Assembly (NCBI RefSeq): GCF_006345805.1
Contig: NW_021833868.1
Location: 1 to 53,650, forward strand
From: Octopus sinensis
Taxonomy: Eukaryota
Reading direction: 5' to 3'
DNA: 53,650 nt
Shown here: positions 36,276 to 49,758 of the stretch, piece after piece
Numbering within the stretch: the stretch's first letter is position 1
Layout: every line of letters starts with the position of its first letter
The notes under the pieces: generated by a model
What the model was told of the DNA's origin: nothing
Seen by the model: only the letters and a program-made list of their open reading frames with translations
The model's database searches: none
Program-made: the position numbers and the translations under genes

Positions 36276-36470
36276 GTTCCTCTTCTTAAAATGGAAGGCT
36301 GTGGTGTGGTTGCTATTTCTTGCAACTCAACCATCGAGGGGGCACTTGTTGGCTTGCCTGTCCCAGTTTTGTATCACCATGTCTAGCCACCAACTTATAA
36401 TCTAATAATTTCATTTTGACCGCATAGGATTATCCCAGAGAAGAATAATGGATATATAGCAACATATTGC

Positions 36471-36643
36471 TTTTAAATTTTGACACAAGGCCAGCAATTT
36501 CGGGGTGGGGGTTTAGGTTGATTAAATCGACCCCAATGCTCAACTAGTACTATTTTATCGGCTCCGAAAGGTTGAAGGGCAAAGTTAACCTCAGGGGAGT
36601 TTGAACTCAGAACGAAAAGACGGACGAAAGCCGCTAAGCCGCC
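36471..36643 (-). mobile_element. SINE family B
   Basis: Reverse complement of family B core and tail. Confidence 0.8.
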
Positions 36644-36965
36644 CTAATGTAAACCAATGTATTACTGGTAAATGTATTAAATAAATTCTGATTCGATTTG
36701 AGCTCATGAGTTAGGAGCTAAGAAACTGGGTATTAGAATGAATAATGCCAAGTAGCTCCCCCGTTTATTACACCCCAGCGCCACCACTTACATATAAGAC
36801 ATAAATCACGGAGAACAAATTAGAACATGTCTCACTTATAGGAGTTGCGAAACAATTTGCATACATAAGCCTCGTTATCAAATTGTAGTTGTTAACTTCA
36901 TTTTATTTTTATCGACGTAATCATGTAGATTATCATATCAAACTAGATGACACCGTATTATAAGG

Positions 36966-37014
<49 letters not shown>

Positions 37015-37790
37015 CATACAAACACACACACATATATATATACATATACATATACATATACATATATATATATGTTTATACACACACACACATTGAGTCG
37101 AAGAGAACGTAAAAAGAGAGAGAGAGAGTGAGAGAGCGAGATAGAGAGGGAGAGAGAGGATGTGGAAGAAAACAGGTGAAGTGAAATGATAAATTATATA
37201 CAATGATACATTATACAAATGTTTATTATCCGCCAACAAACACGAAACAAACACTCACAAAAACAACAACAACAACAACAACAGCAACAGTAACAACTAT
37301 AGCAATTACATACACACACATACACGCACTTAAATATTATATGCAAAATATAAAAAAGTCATAGATATAAGAAAAAAAAGTAAACATTAACAAAAACAGT
37401 AATAAAACAAACAACAAAAACACAGAAGTAAAAAAAAACATCAATAGCGTAAAGAAAATTAACAAATAAAAAGTACAAAGAAACCCAAAATTGTGTAGAA
37501 AAGTCCGAAATGTGTGAGTGTATGGCGGCGAAGAACTGAAGTAATGCGAGTCTAATTTATGTTGAAATATCTGTTTAACATCTGTCATGTTTAAGAATTG
37601 AATTAAATCTAGAATTTCTTGCTACGGCCAACAAATTATGCATGGATGTGTTGAATTATTAGAGTTATGTTTTCTCCTTGACTTCAGAATATTTCCTCGC
37701 TAATGTTCCTCTTGTTTATGTATATGTGTGTGTATATGTATATGTGTATCTCTCTCTCCCCCTCTCTCTCTTCCTCGCACTCATTCTCTG

Positions 37791-37842
<52 letters not shown>

Positions 37843-37926
37843 AGTGTGTATGTATATATATATAGAGAGAAAGAGAGACTTACACACGCACACACACACA
37901 TATATACACGTGTGTGTATATATGTG

Positions 37927-38000
<74 letters not shown>

Positions 38001-38794
38001 ACACACATATGCTTGTGGGTGTTTATATATGTATGTACGAATGCATGTGCATCTATGTGTGTGTGTGTTGTTGAGCAGCGTCACGAGGCGACTAGAGAGG
38101 TAGATAGGGACAACAAGCATATAAAGAAAATAAGAGACAAAGAAGAAGAGGAAGAGGGAAGGAAAAATGAAGGAAAGAAAGCAGAAAGTAAAGAAGAAGT
38201 GAAAGAGATGAAAGGTACGGCTTTGAGATGAAAAATACAACAAAATCAGAAAATAAACGAGTTTCAGGTAAGAGTGCATTGGCTAAATATGTATATAACT
38301 GTTTATAGATATATATTCGTATACATACACATATATATATATACACACATACAAGCAACTGCATACATACGTGTATTAACATACTTAATACACGTATGTA
38401 TATTCTTATTCTCATAATTCCATGCAGCAATACTTATTGATAAAGATATGTATACATACATGCAAACACATATCCATGGGTACATACATACATACAAACA
38501 TACATACATACACACATACATACATACGTACATACATACATACATACATGCAAACACATATCCATGAGTACATACATACATACATACATACATACATACA
38601 CGTAAATGTATACGCACACAGAGAGAGACATGTATATAATAATAATCTTTAATGTGCACGTTGAACAGCGAGAATCGAAACTATGACCTGTATATTTGTA
38701 ACACACCTGATCCATGAACATGCGATAACTTTAGGAAACCCGGTGTTTTGGTAACGTTACATCTCATCAGGCTACAGGATCTAAAAAATGAAAT

Positions 38795-39380
38795 GATAAC
38801 AGAATCAATAATATAGGCGATTGCAGGTTCCGAAAACTCTTTTAAAAAGAGTTACATTCGATACTGACAGAATTAATATCTTCGAAAATTAATGTTTCGT
38901 GAATTATTTTTCTCGTATCGAGATTATTTTCACACTGATAGCTGGCATGATTTTGGCGCAAAACGAGTCAGTTGCAGCGTAGACTTCAAAAGGATAGGTT
39001 GGGAGTCTCGATCATGGTAACGCGTGCTGAGAAAGCTAAAGCCATTTTTGCCAGTCCAGAAACCAGTCCACGTGAGTCCAAATAATTAAATGTGCGTTGG
39101 GAGATTGTATTAACCTGATTTGCCTCCGGTTGATTTCTATAGTTATCATCAGTGTATTTTGGCGATTTAAATAAGAGTTTTGACTGTTATTTTCAGCAGG
39201 TAGACATACTTAGTATGTCCTTTGATTAATTTTAATCCTTCAGCTATTTAATGCTTTTGGGGCGGTCTGCAATCGCCTATATTATTGATTCTGTTATCGT
39301 TTCTTAAAATAGTTACATTCGATAATAACAGAATTAATGATATCTTCGCAAATTAATTTTTCGTGAATTATTTTTCTCGT
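38795..39380. repeat. interleaved 32-bp perfect inverted repeat and ~68-bp direct repeat
   Basis: Inverted pair at 38795-38826 and 39267-39298; direct pair at 38850-38916 and 39311-39380. Confidence 0.9.
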
Positions 39381-39414
39381 GAATTCTTTGCCCCTGTATC
39401 GATATGTGTATATA

Positions 39415-40260
39415 CAAGAAGAAAATGCCTCTGGATTCGACAATAAAACGTATCGACAATTAAAAGGACACGGCTATGGGTACGCGGTTTGCGCCCTCAT
39501 ATGCAAACTTAGTTACGAGATACTTGGAAATAAAACTTTATGAGGAAGTAGAAAAAGCATTTGATCAGGAATACAAGAAATATATCATAAAAAAGTGGAA
39601 ACGCTTCCTTGATGATTGGTTCATATTCTGGGACAAATCGAATGAAGATCTAAATATATTTAACAATATACTGAACACACTTCACCCATCCATCAAATTC
39701 ACGACTGAATCCAGTTGCAATGAACTACCATTCCTGGATATCCACATAAAAATACAGAACTCCATAGTCACAACAGACATTTTACAAAAAACTGACATAC
39801 ACCAATATTTAAATTTCTGCTCTTGCCATCCATCACACATCAAAAGAAACATCTCATACAGTATGGCAAGACGCATCTGTGCTATAGTGACTGACCCCAA
39901 AATACATGAAACCCGACTCAACGAACTAAAAGGCTTCCTCACAATGCAGAAATACCCCTTAGGATTAATTAATGAGGGAATTAAAAATGCGATGAAACTG
40001 AACATCTCCCAACTACGGACACCCAAGGAAAAATTAGGTATTAAAAAAAAGTTAATGAAAACACGATTCCGTTCATTAACACACACAATCCTGGAATAAC
40101 CAACATCTTTCACGCCATAAAATCGAACTTACCTATACTCTACAAAGCCCCAAAATGAAAACTCTGAGGGAGAAAAAACACCTTACGGAATAGCTGACGC
40201 CAACCAAAATATCTTAAAAAACGCCTCACAAGGGCAGAATTCAAATCAGTGAACGAATAA
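39415..40260 (+). pseudogene. Penelope-like element RT C-terminal half and linker
   Basis: FDNKTYRQLKG, frameshift, then AMGTRFAPSYANL...RFLDDWF...LHPSIKFT...LPFLD...YLNFCSCHP, then IPFINTHNP...RQPKYLKKRLTRA. Includes the supplied 207-aa ORF 39476-40099. Confidence 0.92.
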
Positions 40261-41019
40261 GAATTCTTGGTGTATATGTATATGTATATAAACATATATT
40301 TTCGTTTCATTTTATTTACTGACTGATTTTTCAAATTGTTAATTTGTATATATTGTACTAATGTATTTTCATAGAGAACAACACTTTATTAAAAAATTCC
40401 CTCCAAAAATGAATGCTTGGAAGGGGTATATTCTAAATATAACTCAAAGACTCAAAGACTTGAAAAAGACAGGAGAAAAAAGAAAAAAGAGGAAGGGGGA
40501 AAAACAGGGAAGAGAGAAAGAAAGCAAAATGAATTTTAGTGATGACCAAACCACACCTGTTTTTATTTTTGATTTTTTATATTATTTTTGTATATGTTTT
40601 TATTTATTTTTTTTATTTTGAAGAGGTCGCCATCCTTTAACCCATTCCAGTACAATGGTAAAAGATTAGATAAATGGATAAATGAATGAATGGTGAATAG
40701 GACGGTAGATACCCCATCTCTCTCTCTCTTTCCCTCTACCTGTCTATCTGTCTGATTATCTCTCTCTCTCTCTCTCCCCCTCTCTATCCTCACCCCAAAA
40801 AACAACAACAATATTCTCATCTAACAAAACCCCGCAAAAGCATCTGTTGTATATAAATGAACAAGCTGTTTGTACACTCACATAATTTCATTTGACAAGT
40901 TCAAGAAAAGAACGAAAGCGCTAATAATAATGATTAAAGAAAAAGATTATTTTCCAAAATTCTGACTTCTCAATATTCAATTTCTGTACATCACACCTAA
41001 CACTCTATACATATGTATG

Positions 41020-41050
<31 letters not shown>

Positions 41051-41269
41051 ATGCATATATATATATTATATATATATATATATTATATATAACACATTAT
41101 CATATATATATATATATATATAGACATACATACATACATTCATATATACATATATACATACATGCATACACATACATACATACACATACATACATATATA
41201 TATATATATACATACATATGTTTGTATGTGTATCTTTCGCATATATAAATACTTTATTATATTTCTGCA

Positions 41270-41780
41270 TATGGTTCTCTCCTGGTCGTTTGAAATGTGC
41301 GATGTTAGAGACACCCAGGTCCTTAATTGTATTTGTATGTCCTACAGTCGCCTTCGTGGATTGGTGCTATTTCTTCTTTCAATATTTCTGGAAGTCGTCC
41401 AGCGTCTAAATAGCGTCTTATATGGTGTTTCTCAGGTGAACAATAACAAAGCTGGTTTCGTAGCGTTTTAGGAGTCGAGCTGGAAGCCATCCAGTCGTGG
41501 AACTTAGTCTGAGTTAAGACAGCATATCGATCCAATAGTGTCCTCCTGATTTATTTAAGTTTATATATGTTAGATTGCTGTGAGAAGTTGCGTTGTCAAG
41601 TCGACTCTGCCAGGGTTGTTCTCGAGATGGCTGGGAAGAGACATTTCAACACAAGAGGGTCACGTGTGCAGCTGAAGAAAAGCCTTCGGATTCGATTTTA
41701 TGCACTTGGCCCCCGGGAATCTTTCTTTGATTTCTCCTCTTCATAGGGGCCAACGAGTAGAGCTTATAATCTTTTTTTCT
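41270..41780 (-). pseudogene. CR1/L2-like LINE ORF2 fragment
   Basis: Minus strand IKSNPKAFF, then YLDAGRLPEILKEEIAPIHEG and SLTSHIS, the region leading into RT motif 1 (YRPISLTS). Confidence 0.7.
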
Positions 41781-42382
41781 GGCTCAGTCCGTTAGTTGTA
41801 ATGTTGAATATTTTTTTTTTTTTTTTTCCAGCAATATTCTCGTGTGTTCCATCGTGACGGTTCGCTTGTCTCTGCGAACAGCGAAATCATTATTTCTTAT
41901 TTATTTCTTATTTGGATGTCAGAAAGGAGCATGAGACGTTAGTGTTATCAATATTTCTTCGTATGGAAATTCTGTTTTGCCTTCCAGGCTGATCATATAG
42001 ATATGTGTGTGTGTGTATGTGTTGTGTGTGTGTGTGTGTTTGTGTGTATACATACTTATACACACATATACCAACATATATTTATTCCTCTTTTTCTGTG
42101 ACTTGATTTCATTTCTAGATTTCTCCTCAGTGTTCCGAGATTTCGGAAATAATTCCATACCAGGAATATATAGATATATGCACAATGGCCCTCACGCGTG
42201 CACACACACAGACAACACACACACACACGCACACACACACAACCACACACACACACACACAGAGAAATATGCGGGTGTGTGTGTGACTGTATATATACAT
42301 ACACATGTATATGTGTGTGCATATATATTTGTATGTGTGTGTAGATACATTTATACGTACACATGTAGATATGTATATACAT

Positions 42383-42447
<65 letters not shown>

Positions 42448-42810
42448 CCATACACATACACATACATATACATATGCACGCGCGCGCGTGTGTGTGTGTA
42501 GGTATATGGCCATCCCAGTAAAATTGGTTAGACATAGATAAACACATTTACATATGCATTAGTTTGCAGAGAGGACGCCAGAAGATTGCTTTTCATTGCC
42601 CCCTAGTGTTACCTAATGGATATTTTCACTAAGCTCTTACTTCCAACAACAACAACAACAACAGATACAACAACAGATACAACAACTACATCTCCCAATT
42701 CTTCAGTCCTATTCGATCTTCTTCTTCCTAGTCTCTCTCTCTTTTTCTGTTTTCTGCTTTTTCTTTCCTTTTTTATTTGTTCATATATCATCTGTTTTCT
42801 ATCTTTTACT

Positions 42811-42847
<37 letters not shown>

Positions 42848-43164
42848 TTTCTTTTTTTCTTCTTCTTTTCTTCTGTCTTTTCTTCTCTTCTTCTTCTTCC
42901 TTCTTCTTCTTCTCCTCTCTTCTTCTTCTTCTTCTTCTTCTTCTTCTCTTTTCTTCTTCCTTCAAACTGACTTTAAGCTAGTGAAGCTTCCATCACCTCT
43001 TACTACTACTTACTATCACTACCATTCATCAACCATCACCACCACCTCCACCACCAGCACCACCAGAACCACCACCAGCACCACCACCACCACCACCAAC
43101 ACCACCACCATCGCTTACTACCAGCACTGCAATCACCAACACCATCTCAAGCACAACCATTTAC

Positions 43165-43560
43165 AAGGCAACTTCAACGTGGTCACTCGCCCTGTTAGAA
43201 ATAGCTGCCAAATCGTAAGCTGCCTTCCATAAAAACGAGTAAATAGAAACTATTCAGAAATGGCTTAAAATGCAGGATGGTCATGGCTAATTTGGTTTTA
43301 AACATGAGTCTCCTTGCAAAATATTTCGACCGTCAAAGCTGCCATCATATCAAAAAATCACAAGAAGGACTCAAAGTGCTCGGTGGATCCGTTAGAAATA
43401 GCAACAACATATCCCTCAGACTTTTACCACTGATAATGCTGGATAAAGTGGTCCTGGTTTAATCAACATAAAAGAGGCAGGATCGTCATGGACGGATTTG
43501 CTTTGCTCGCAGGTCTGCTTGGCCAGGGCCAATACTGACCCTAGGGTTAATAAAGACAAC
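43165..43560. mobile_element. two adjacent copies of repeat family E
   Basis: GTTAGAAATAGC...GGATGGTCATGG at 43193-43285 and again at 43391-43495, the second ending AGGTCTGCTTGGCCAGGGCC...GACCCTAGGGTTAATAAAGACAAC. Confidence 0.5.
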
Positions 43561-44023
43561 GACACCAACCGACCGACCGTCCGAACGAAAATCATTATCA
43601 TTATGATCACCACAACCACCACCACTACGATTATAACTACAACCATATCACTAACAGCACCACCACCAACATCACCCTCAACATTACCGCTACCACCACC
43701 ATCGCCGCCGCCGCCGCCACCACCACCACCTGACCGTCATTATATTATGTGTATAAATGATGTTATAAAGTTATTATAGTAAACATTTCCTTATCACACT
43801 GCAGGAAACTTTGGTATTTTAGGGAGGACTAAACATCATGTCTGTGTGTCTTTTCCCCTCTTTCTCTACCTTCCTCTTTCTCTTTCTCTCTCTCTCTCAC
43901 CATTCATTCATATATGCATTCATACATACATACATACATACATACATACATACATACATACATACATACATACATACATACATTAATACATGCATACATA
44001 CATATATACACATATATATGTAC

Positions 44024-44057
<34 letters not shown>

Positions 44058-44626
44058 TGTGTATATATATACTTCTATATATGTACATATAATATACATA
44101 CATTCATATAGATGGATAGATGAGTGTCTATATAAGTGTATATATATATGAATCTGTGTGTATATATTTATATGTATACACACGCACACACATACATACA
44201 TATCAATATGCATGCATATATATATATGTATATTATGTATGTTATAATATAAATATATATATACCTATATATATATATATTATATATATATATATTATAT
44301 ATATATATATATAAATAAATACATATCCATATATATATAAATATATATATACCTAATTATATATATATATATATATATAATATATATATATTAAATACAT
44401 ATCCATATCTATATAAATATAAATATAAAGTATATATATGTGTGTGTGTATGCACACCCACACACACTCACACACACTGTAAATATCTAATGACATGCCT
44501 ATACCAACAACAGCAACAACAACAAAGCTTCTACCACCATCATCACAACAGTCACCATTACTACCATCACCAACATTACTGAATATTATTATATTGTGGG
44601 GGAGTGTAATCCTCATCAAAATGATG

Positions 44627-44663
<37 letters not shown>

Positions 44664-45240
44664 TAATAATAATAATAATAATGATAATAATAATAATAAT
44701 CAAACAACAACAACAACAATAATAATAATAATAATAATAACAATAATAATAATAATAATAATAATGATAATAATACGAAAGCTAATAAGAACAACATATT
44801 TTTACATTTCTTTCACTCTCTTTTTCTTTCTTTTCTTTTTTTCATTCTGTCTGGTGTATTTGTTGTTGTTGTTGTTGTTGTTGTAACTTGCTGCTGCTGC
44901 TGCTGATGTGGTTTTAGTTCTGATTCTGCTGTAATGTAATTACATGTTTGAATATTTTGATATCTATTGAAATACAGAAATGTGTAGTGGTGGTGGGGGG
45001 GGGATAAAACAACAAATAACAAGCAAGAGCAATAACGACGACGACGATGGCGACGATGATGATGATGATGGTAGTGGTGGTAGTGAAGTAGGAGGAGGAT
45101 GGGGAAAAGGTAGAAGCGGAGATGGAAGAAAAGGAGGAGGAAAAAGCGGAGAAGGAAAAGGAAGGGGAAGAAGAAGAAAAGAAGAAGAAGGAAAGAAGAA
45201 GAAGAAGAAGAAGAAGAAGAAGAAGAAGAAGAAGAAGAAG

Positions 45241-45272
<32 letters not shown>

Positions 45273-45299
45273 GAAGAAGAAGACAGTAGCAAAAACTGG

Positions 45300-46400
45300 A
45301 GGTGAAACCTGGACCCTTCCTGTTATCACTCTTACAAGTCGAGGACCTCGAACTATTGTCAGGACGATAGAGACTATTTGGGCAAAATTCCAGATATCCG
45401 CCATCAAATCATGTGTTTCGCTTGACTCTGGACTCCCTTTTTATGACCGTGTGTGGGAGGACATCCTTTCAAATCATTCTGTATATGGTTCACCCACAAT
45501 AAGTGAAAGCACAGAGACTCCACCTTAGATGAAAACTGGAGCAGAGTTAACGACGGTTAACGAATAATAAACGATGGACGCAATGTAGACGTTTGGTAAC
45601 ACTTTCGGGGACAGATTTCTCTCAGCCCAATTCTGAGTAAGACGAGAAACCTTGCTCCGTAACCTCGTTTGTTTGTTTTCATGTAGAGATCTAGATCGAG
45701 CCAGAATCCAAACAACTTAACTGAACTATTGATCCAGAATCAGATCATATTGCCAATGTTTGGCACGGGCTTCAGTTTCAGAATTGCAGGCCCACTGATT
45801 CGTCCTGGTTAATGAGTACCTCTATTACCGTGTCATATTCTTTTAATGCAGTGCCACCCATATTAATTTTGATGTGTCCAATTCTATGACAGTGTTGTCG
45901 TCTGCATATGCCAACGCAATACCCCAACCTTCCAGCACAAACAAAGTACGTCCACAGTTACTCAAAGGCAAAAGCACACACAAGAAATATGTGATGGACA
46001 GGGCATACATTACCATGTGAAGCATTGTAGAGGGTCAAGTTGCGGCATGCCTCTAGTGTTGTATTGAGAAATGAGGACCAATCTGATGCGTTCAATATCG
46101 GTATCTGGCGCTGCTGTGCACGCAACCGTTTTCATTATGCTCGCCATTCTGCATCTAGACTTGCATTTATACATTATCAAATTTGGCAGCTTCATCACTA
46201 TTTTTTGTCTTTTAATATGTAAATATCCTAGTTTGCAGTTAAAATGCAGGTAAAAGAAACATCGTCCATTTTCTATCACCGAACGGAGAAGAGATTCAAT
46301 AAATCCCCAAAGCATTTTTCTTTAAGTAATCCTGTGGAAAATGACTTATTAAGGATTCCGTGGAAAGCGTCTGCTTGGAGCTACATTGAATAGTAACAGT
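45300..46400 (-). pseudogene. L1/Tx1-like LINE reverse transcriptase remnant
   Basis: Minus strand, frame-broken: AKFDNV (AFDRV-like), RGMPQLDPL (RQGDPLS-like), ALAYADD, INQDESVGL, in the correct order. Confidence 0.65.
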
Positions 46401-46455
46401 AATGATAAGGATGATGATGATGGTGGTGGTGATGATGATGAAAATAACGGTAATG

Positions 46456-46497
<42 letters not shown>

Positions 46498-46500
46498 ATG

Positions 46501-46840
46501 GTTTCAGATTTTAGCACAAGGGCAGCAATTTGGGGTGGGGGTGATGAGTTGATTATATCGCCCCCAGTGTTCAACTGGTAGTTATTTTATCGACCCCTAA
46601 AGGATGAAAGGTAAACTTAACCTCGGCGGAATTTGAACTCAGAACGTAGCGACGGGCGAAATGCTGCTTAGCAGTATTTTGTCCGCCTGAGTTGTGAGTT
46701 CCAATTCCGCCTAAGTTGACTTCGCCTTTCATGCTTTCGGGTTTTCCTTCAAAATTTAGTACCAGTTGAGCCCTGAGGTCGAATGCAATCGACTCATTCC
46801 CTTCCCCGAACTTGCTGGCCGTGTACCAAAATTTGAAATC
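46501..46840. mobile_element. head-to-head fused pair of family B SINEs
   Basis: A minus copy (46501-46670) and a plus copy (46655-46840) overlap at GGGCGAAATGCTGCTTAGCAGTATTTTGTCC. Confidence 0.85.
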
Positions 46841-47628
46841 ATTTTTACTCAATTAATTTATCAACGAACTAATTAATTATTAAATCAATCAGCTGGTTTA
46901 TCATTGTCCTTTCGTCGCTAATGCCATCTCACCAACGACATGTCTTCGTTAATTGAGATGTGTCTCAAAGGATCAAGAATGCACTGACCAAAATGACCCA
47001 AAGTAAGAGGATATGTTCACCTTGGGAGTTACAACCATTTATAGGTTCTTTAAATTTATGAAACCGGATCATACAAATATCTAGTAGTAATTATAGGCAA
47101 ACTAATGAAAGTTAGAGAGAAAGAGAGAGAGAGGGAGGGAGAGGGAGGGAGAGAGAGGGGGAAAGAGAGAGGGAGAGAGAGAGAAAGAGAGAGAAACTGA
47201 AATTGAAATATATATAAATTAATAACTAAATATATCATATTAAATATTGATTGTTAAAATAACAAAAGATTGTTTTTAAGCCGTAATTTATGTTGAGTCG
47301 AGTCACAGGTGTAAAATAATGACTGAAGCAATAAATAGATGTAAGAAAGGTGAGACTGTGACATTAATAACAGAGAGATATGAAATAAAATGGTGGAAGA
47401 TTGATTAAATAACAAATGTGACACAATGAGACTATTGTTGTTGGACTCTCGGTGAAGCAACGTAATAAATTTACCTCATGATATGCTCTCCATTCCCATA
47501 CCTCTCTCTCTCCTCTCTTTCCCCTCTCTCCCTCTCTCTCTCTCTCTCTCATTCATTAAAAAAAATTTAAGCTTCGGATATTTCTTATATTCTTGGTAAA
47601 CCAAATTGACCAGCTAGATGTTATAATT

Positions 47629-48630
47629 TAGAAATAGAAAGGGTCTTCTAAGTAATATAGTTTTAGATACACTGTCTGACAAAAATCGTGATGGTCATGG
47701 ATGGAATCATAAGGTCATAGGACTGCTGTGATTAGAGTTGACCTGAAATTAAACAACAAAAACAATAGCAATACTAATCTCGTTTAATCTCAGATCAGCT
47801 TTTATTCAGCAGACGTTTACTGAAAGACATTCTCGACATGGACATTTCGCCTTTTCTTCAAACATAGTCTACCTTGGAATACATTAACCTGCTGTGTACT
47901 TCATATTTGGTAGTCTTATGGATAATGGCTCAGCGGTTAGAGGATCGTGCTCACAATCATGAGGTACTGAGTTCGATTTGTGGACCGTGCTGTGTTCTGT
48001 TCTGTGCAAGACATTTTATTTCATGTTGATCCAGTTTGTTCATTTGTAGAAATGAGTTGCGACGTTACTGGTACCAAGCTGTATCAGTCTCTGCTTTTCC
48101 CTTGGACAACATCCGTGGCGTGGAGTGGGAGAGGCTGGTATGCATGGGTCACTGCTGGTTTTCCATTAACAACTTTCGAGATGCAATCCAATGGTCATTC
48201 ATGGCCGAAGGGGGTTCTTTTTATACATAATATCCACATCATTGCTGATCCTGTAAACCTATGGCCAATAGAATTCTGGCCGTGGCCATCCCGTATTTGG
48301 TTTAGGCGTAGTGTATCGAGGATTACATTATCTAATGTGAGCGTTTTCTTATCGTTGAAGTGTTATTGTTTAACTCTAAACCAACTGAGGTTCAGCGGAT
48401 TTATGATCAAAAACATTCCAGACATGACTCTCTTGACTTTTATAGTGTATCTTGGACTACATTAACCTGTGTCTCCTTTCTTTAATATTGTTATTGTTTT
48501 TGTTGTTTAATTTCAGGTCAACTCTAATCCCAGCAGTCCTATGACCTTATTATTCCATCCATGACCATCACGATTTTAGTCAGACAGTGTATCTAAAACT
48601 ATATTACCTAGAAGACCCTTTCTATTTCTA
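47629..48630. repeat. 145-bp inverted repeat pair enclosing decayed family E units and a SINE
   Basis: 47629-47773 versus the reverse complement of 48486-48630 shows five substitutions and no indel by eye. Confidence 0.92.
47925..48220 (+). mobile_element. SINE family C
   Basis: ATGGCTCAGCGGTTAGAG (box A), GAGTTCGATT (box B), GTAGAAATGAGTTGCGACG. Confidence 0.85.
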
Positions 48631-49459
48631 GATCATGGGCTGTGTTTTGAGAGATTTAGTTCAATTAACCTGTACATGTTCCCTTGCTGCTCATGTCTCT
48701 TGAAATTAGAATATTTTGGATGTAATTTAGTTAGGTGCTGATGTATTAAATGATGTACGCACAAATCTCCTTTGTTGGAGAAAAACACCTTGCGGTAATT
48801 GTTTGCAACTCTTAAAGAGAAAAGGGAGATAATTCCATGAAATCAAAAAAATAATTTGATAAATATACTTTGTTGATAAAATTCCTTAAGACAACTACTC
48901 AATGTTTTACCGTTTCAAGTCTGTTCGATCAGCGAACAAAGGAGTTGTTGAAGAAGGGATGGAAACCTTATCGATAATATTAATTTGCATGATTTCAAAA
49001 TATGAGACAAGGGAAACAACTCAAATGAACCAAAGTACGTTCATGAAAAATAATCGTTTACTGTTGTTGTTTTGAGAGTTCTTTTTGAAATTCACATAGA
49101 ATTCTTGAAAAATCTGATTTATACCAACATGAGAACATTAACAATTACAACAACAACAACAACAAGTAGAAATAGTATAAATTGAGCAGAAATTCAGCAA
49201 CGCAAGGCGGTGTAACAGCAAGAACATGGACGGCAACGACCACAACGAAGATAACATCAACAACGAAAGCAACAACAGGAAGGACCAAAACAACATGAAG
49301 ACTGGCACCGACGTAGTTCTGCGATTCACATTGTTGCTACTGTTGTTGTTGTTGTTGTTGCTGTTTCTCTTCAAGATATCATCGGTCTTCAAGTTGTTGT
49401 TGTGGTAAAAAGTAGAAATTGTATAACTAGCAAGAAAAAACCACGGCAGGTAGCAGAGA

Positions 49460-49575
49460 AAGAAACAACCAACAACAACAACAATAGCAGTAGCAGTAGC
49501 AGCAGCAGCAGCACGGGAGTCTGTACAGCATTAGTAATAGAATAGACCACAACAATAACAAGACCAATTACAACA

Positions 49576-49614
<39 letters not shown>

Positions 49615-49709
49615 GTAGTAATAATAATAATAATAATAATAATAATGATGATGATGATGATGATAATAATAACAATAATAATGGTAATAATAATAATAAT
49701 GGCCAATAT

Positions 49710-49758
<49 letters not shown>

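Noticed and set aside
39132-39152. Minus-strand CUGAUGA UAACUAUA GAAAU
   Set aside because: Stem II is only 2 bp and there is no NUH or stem III/I pairing.
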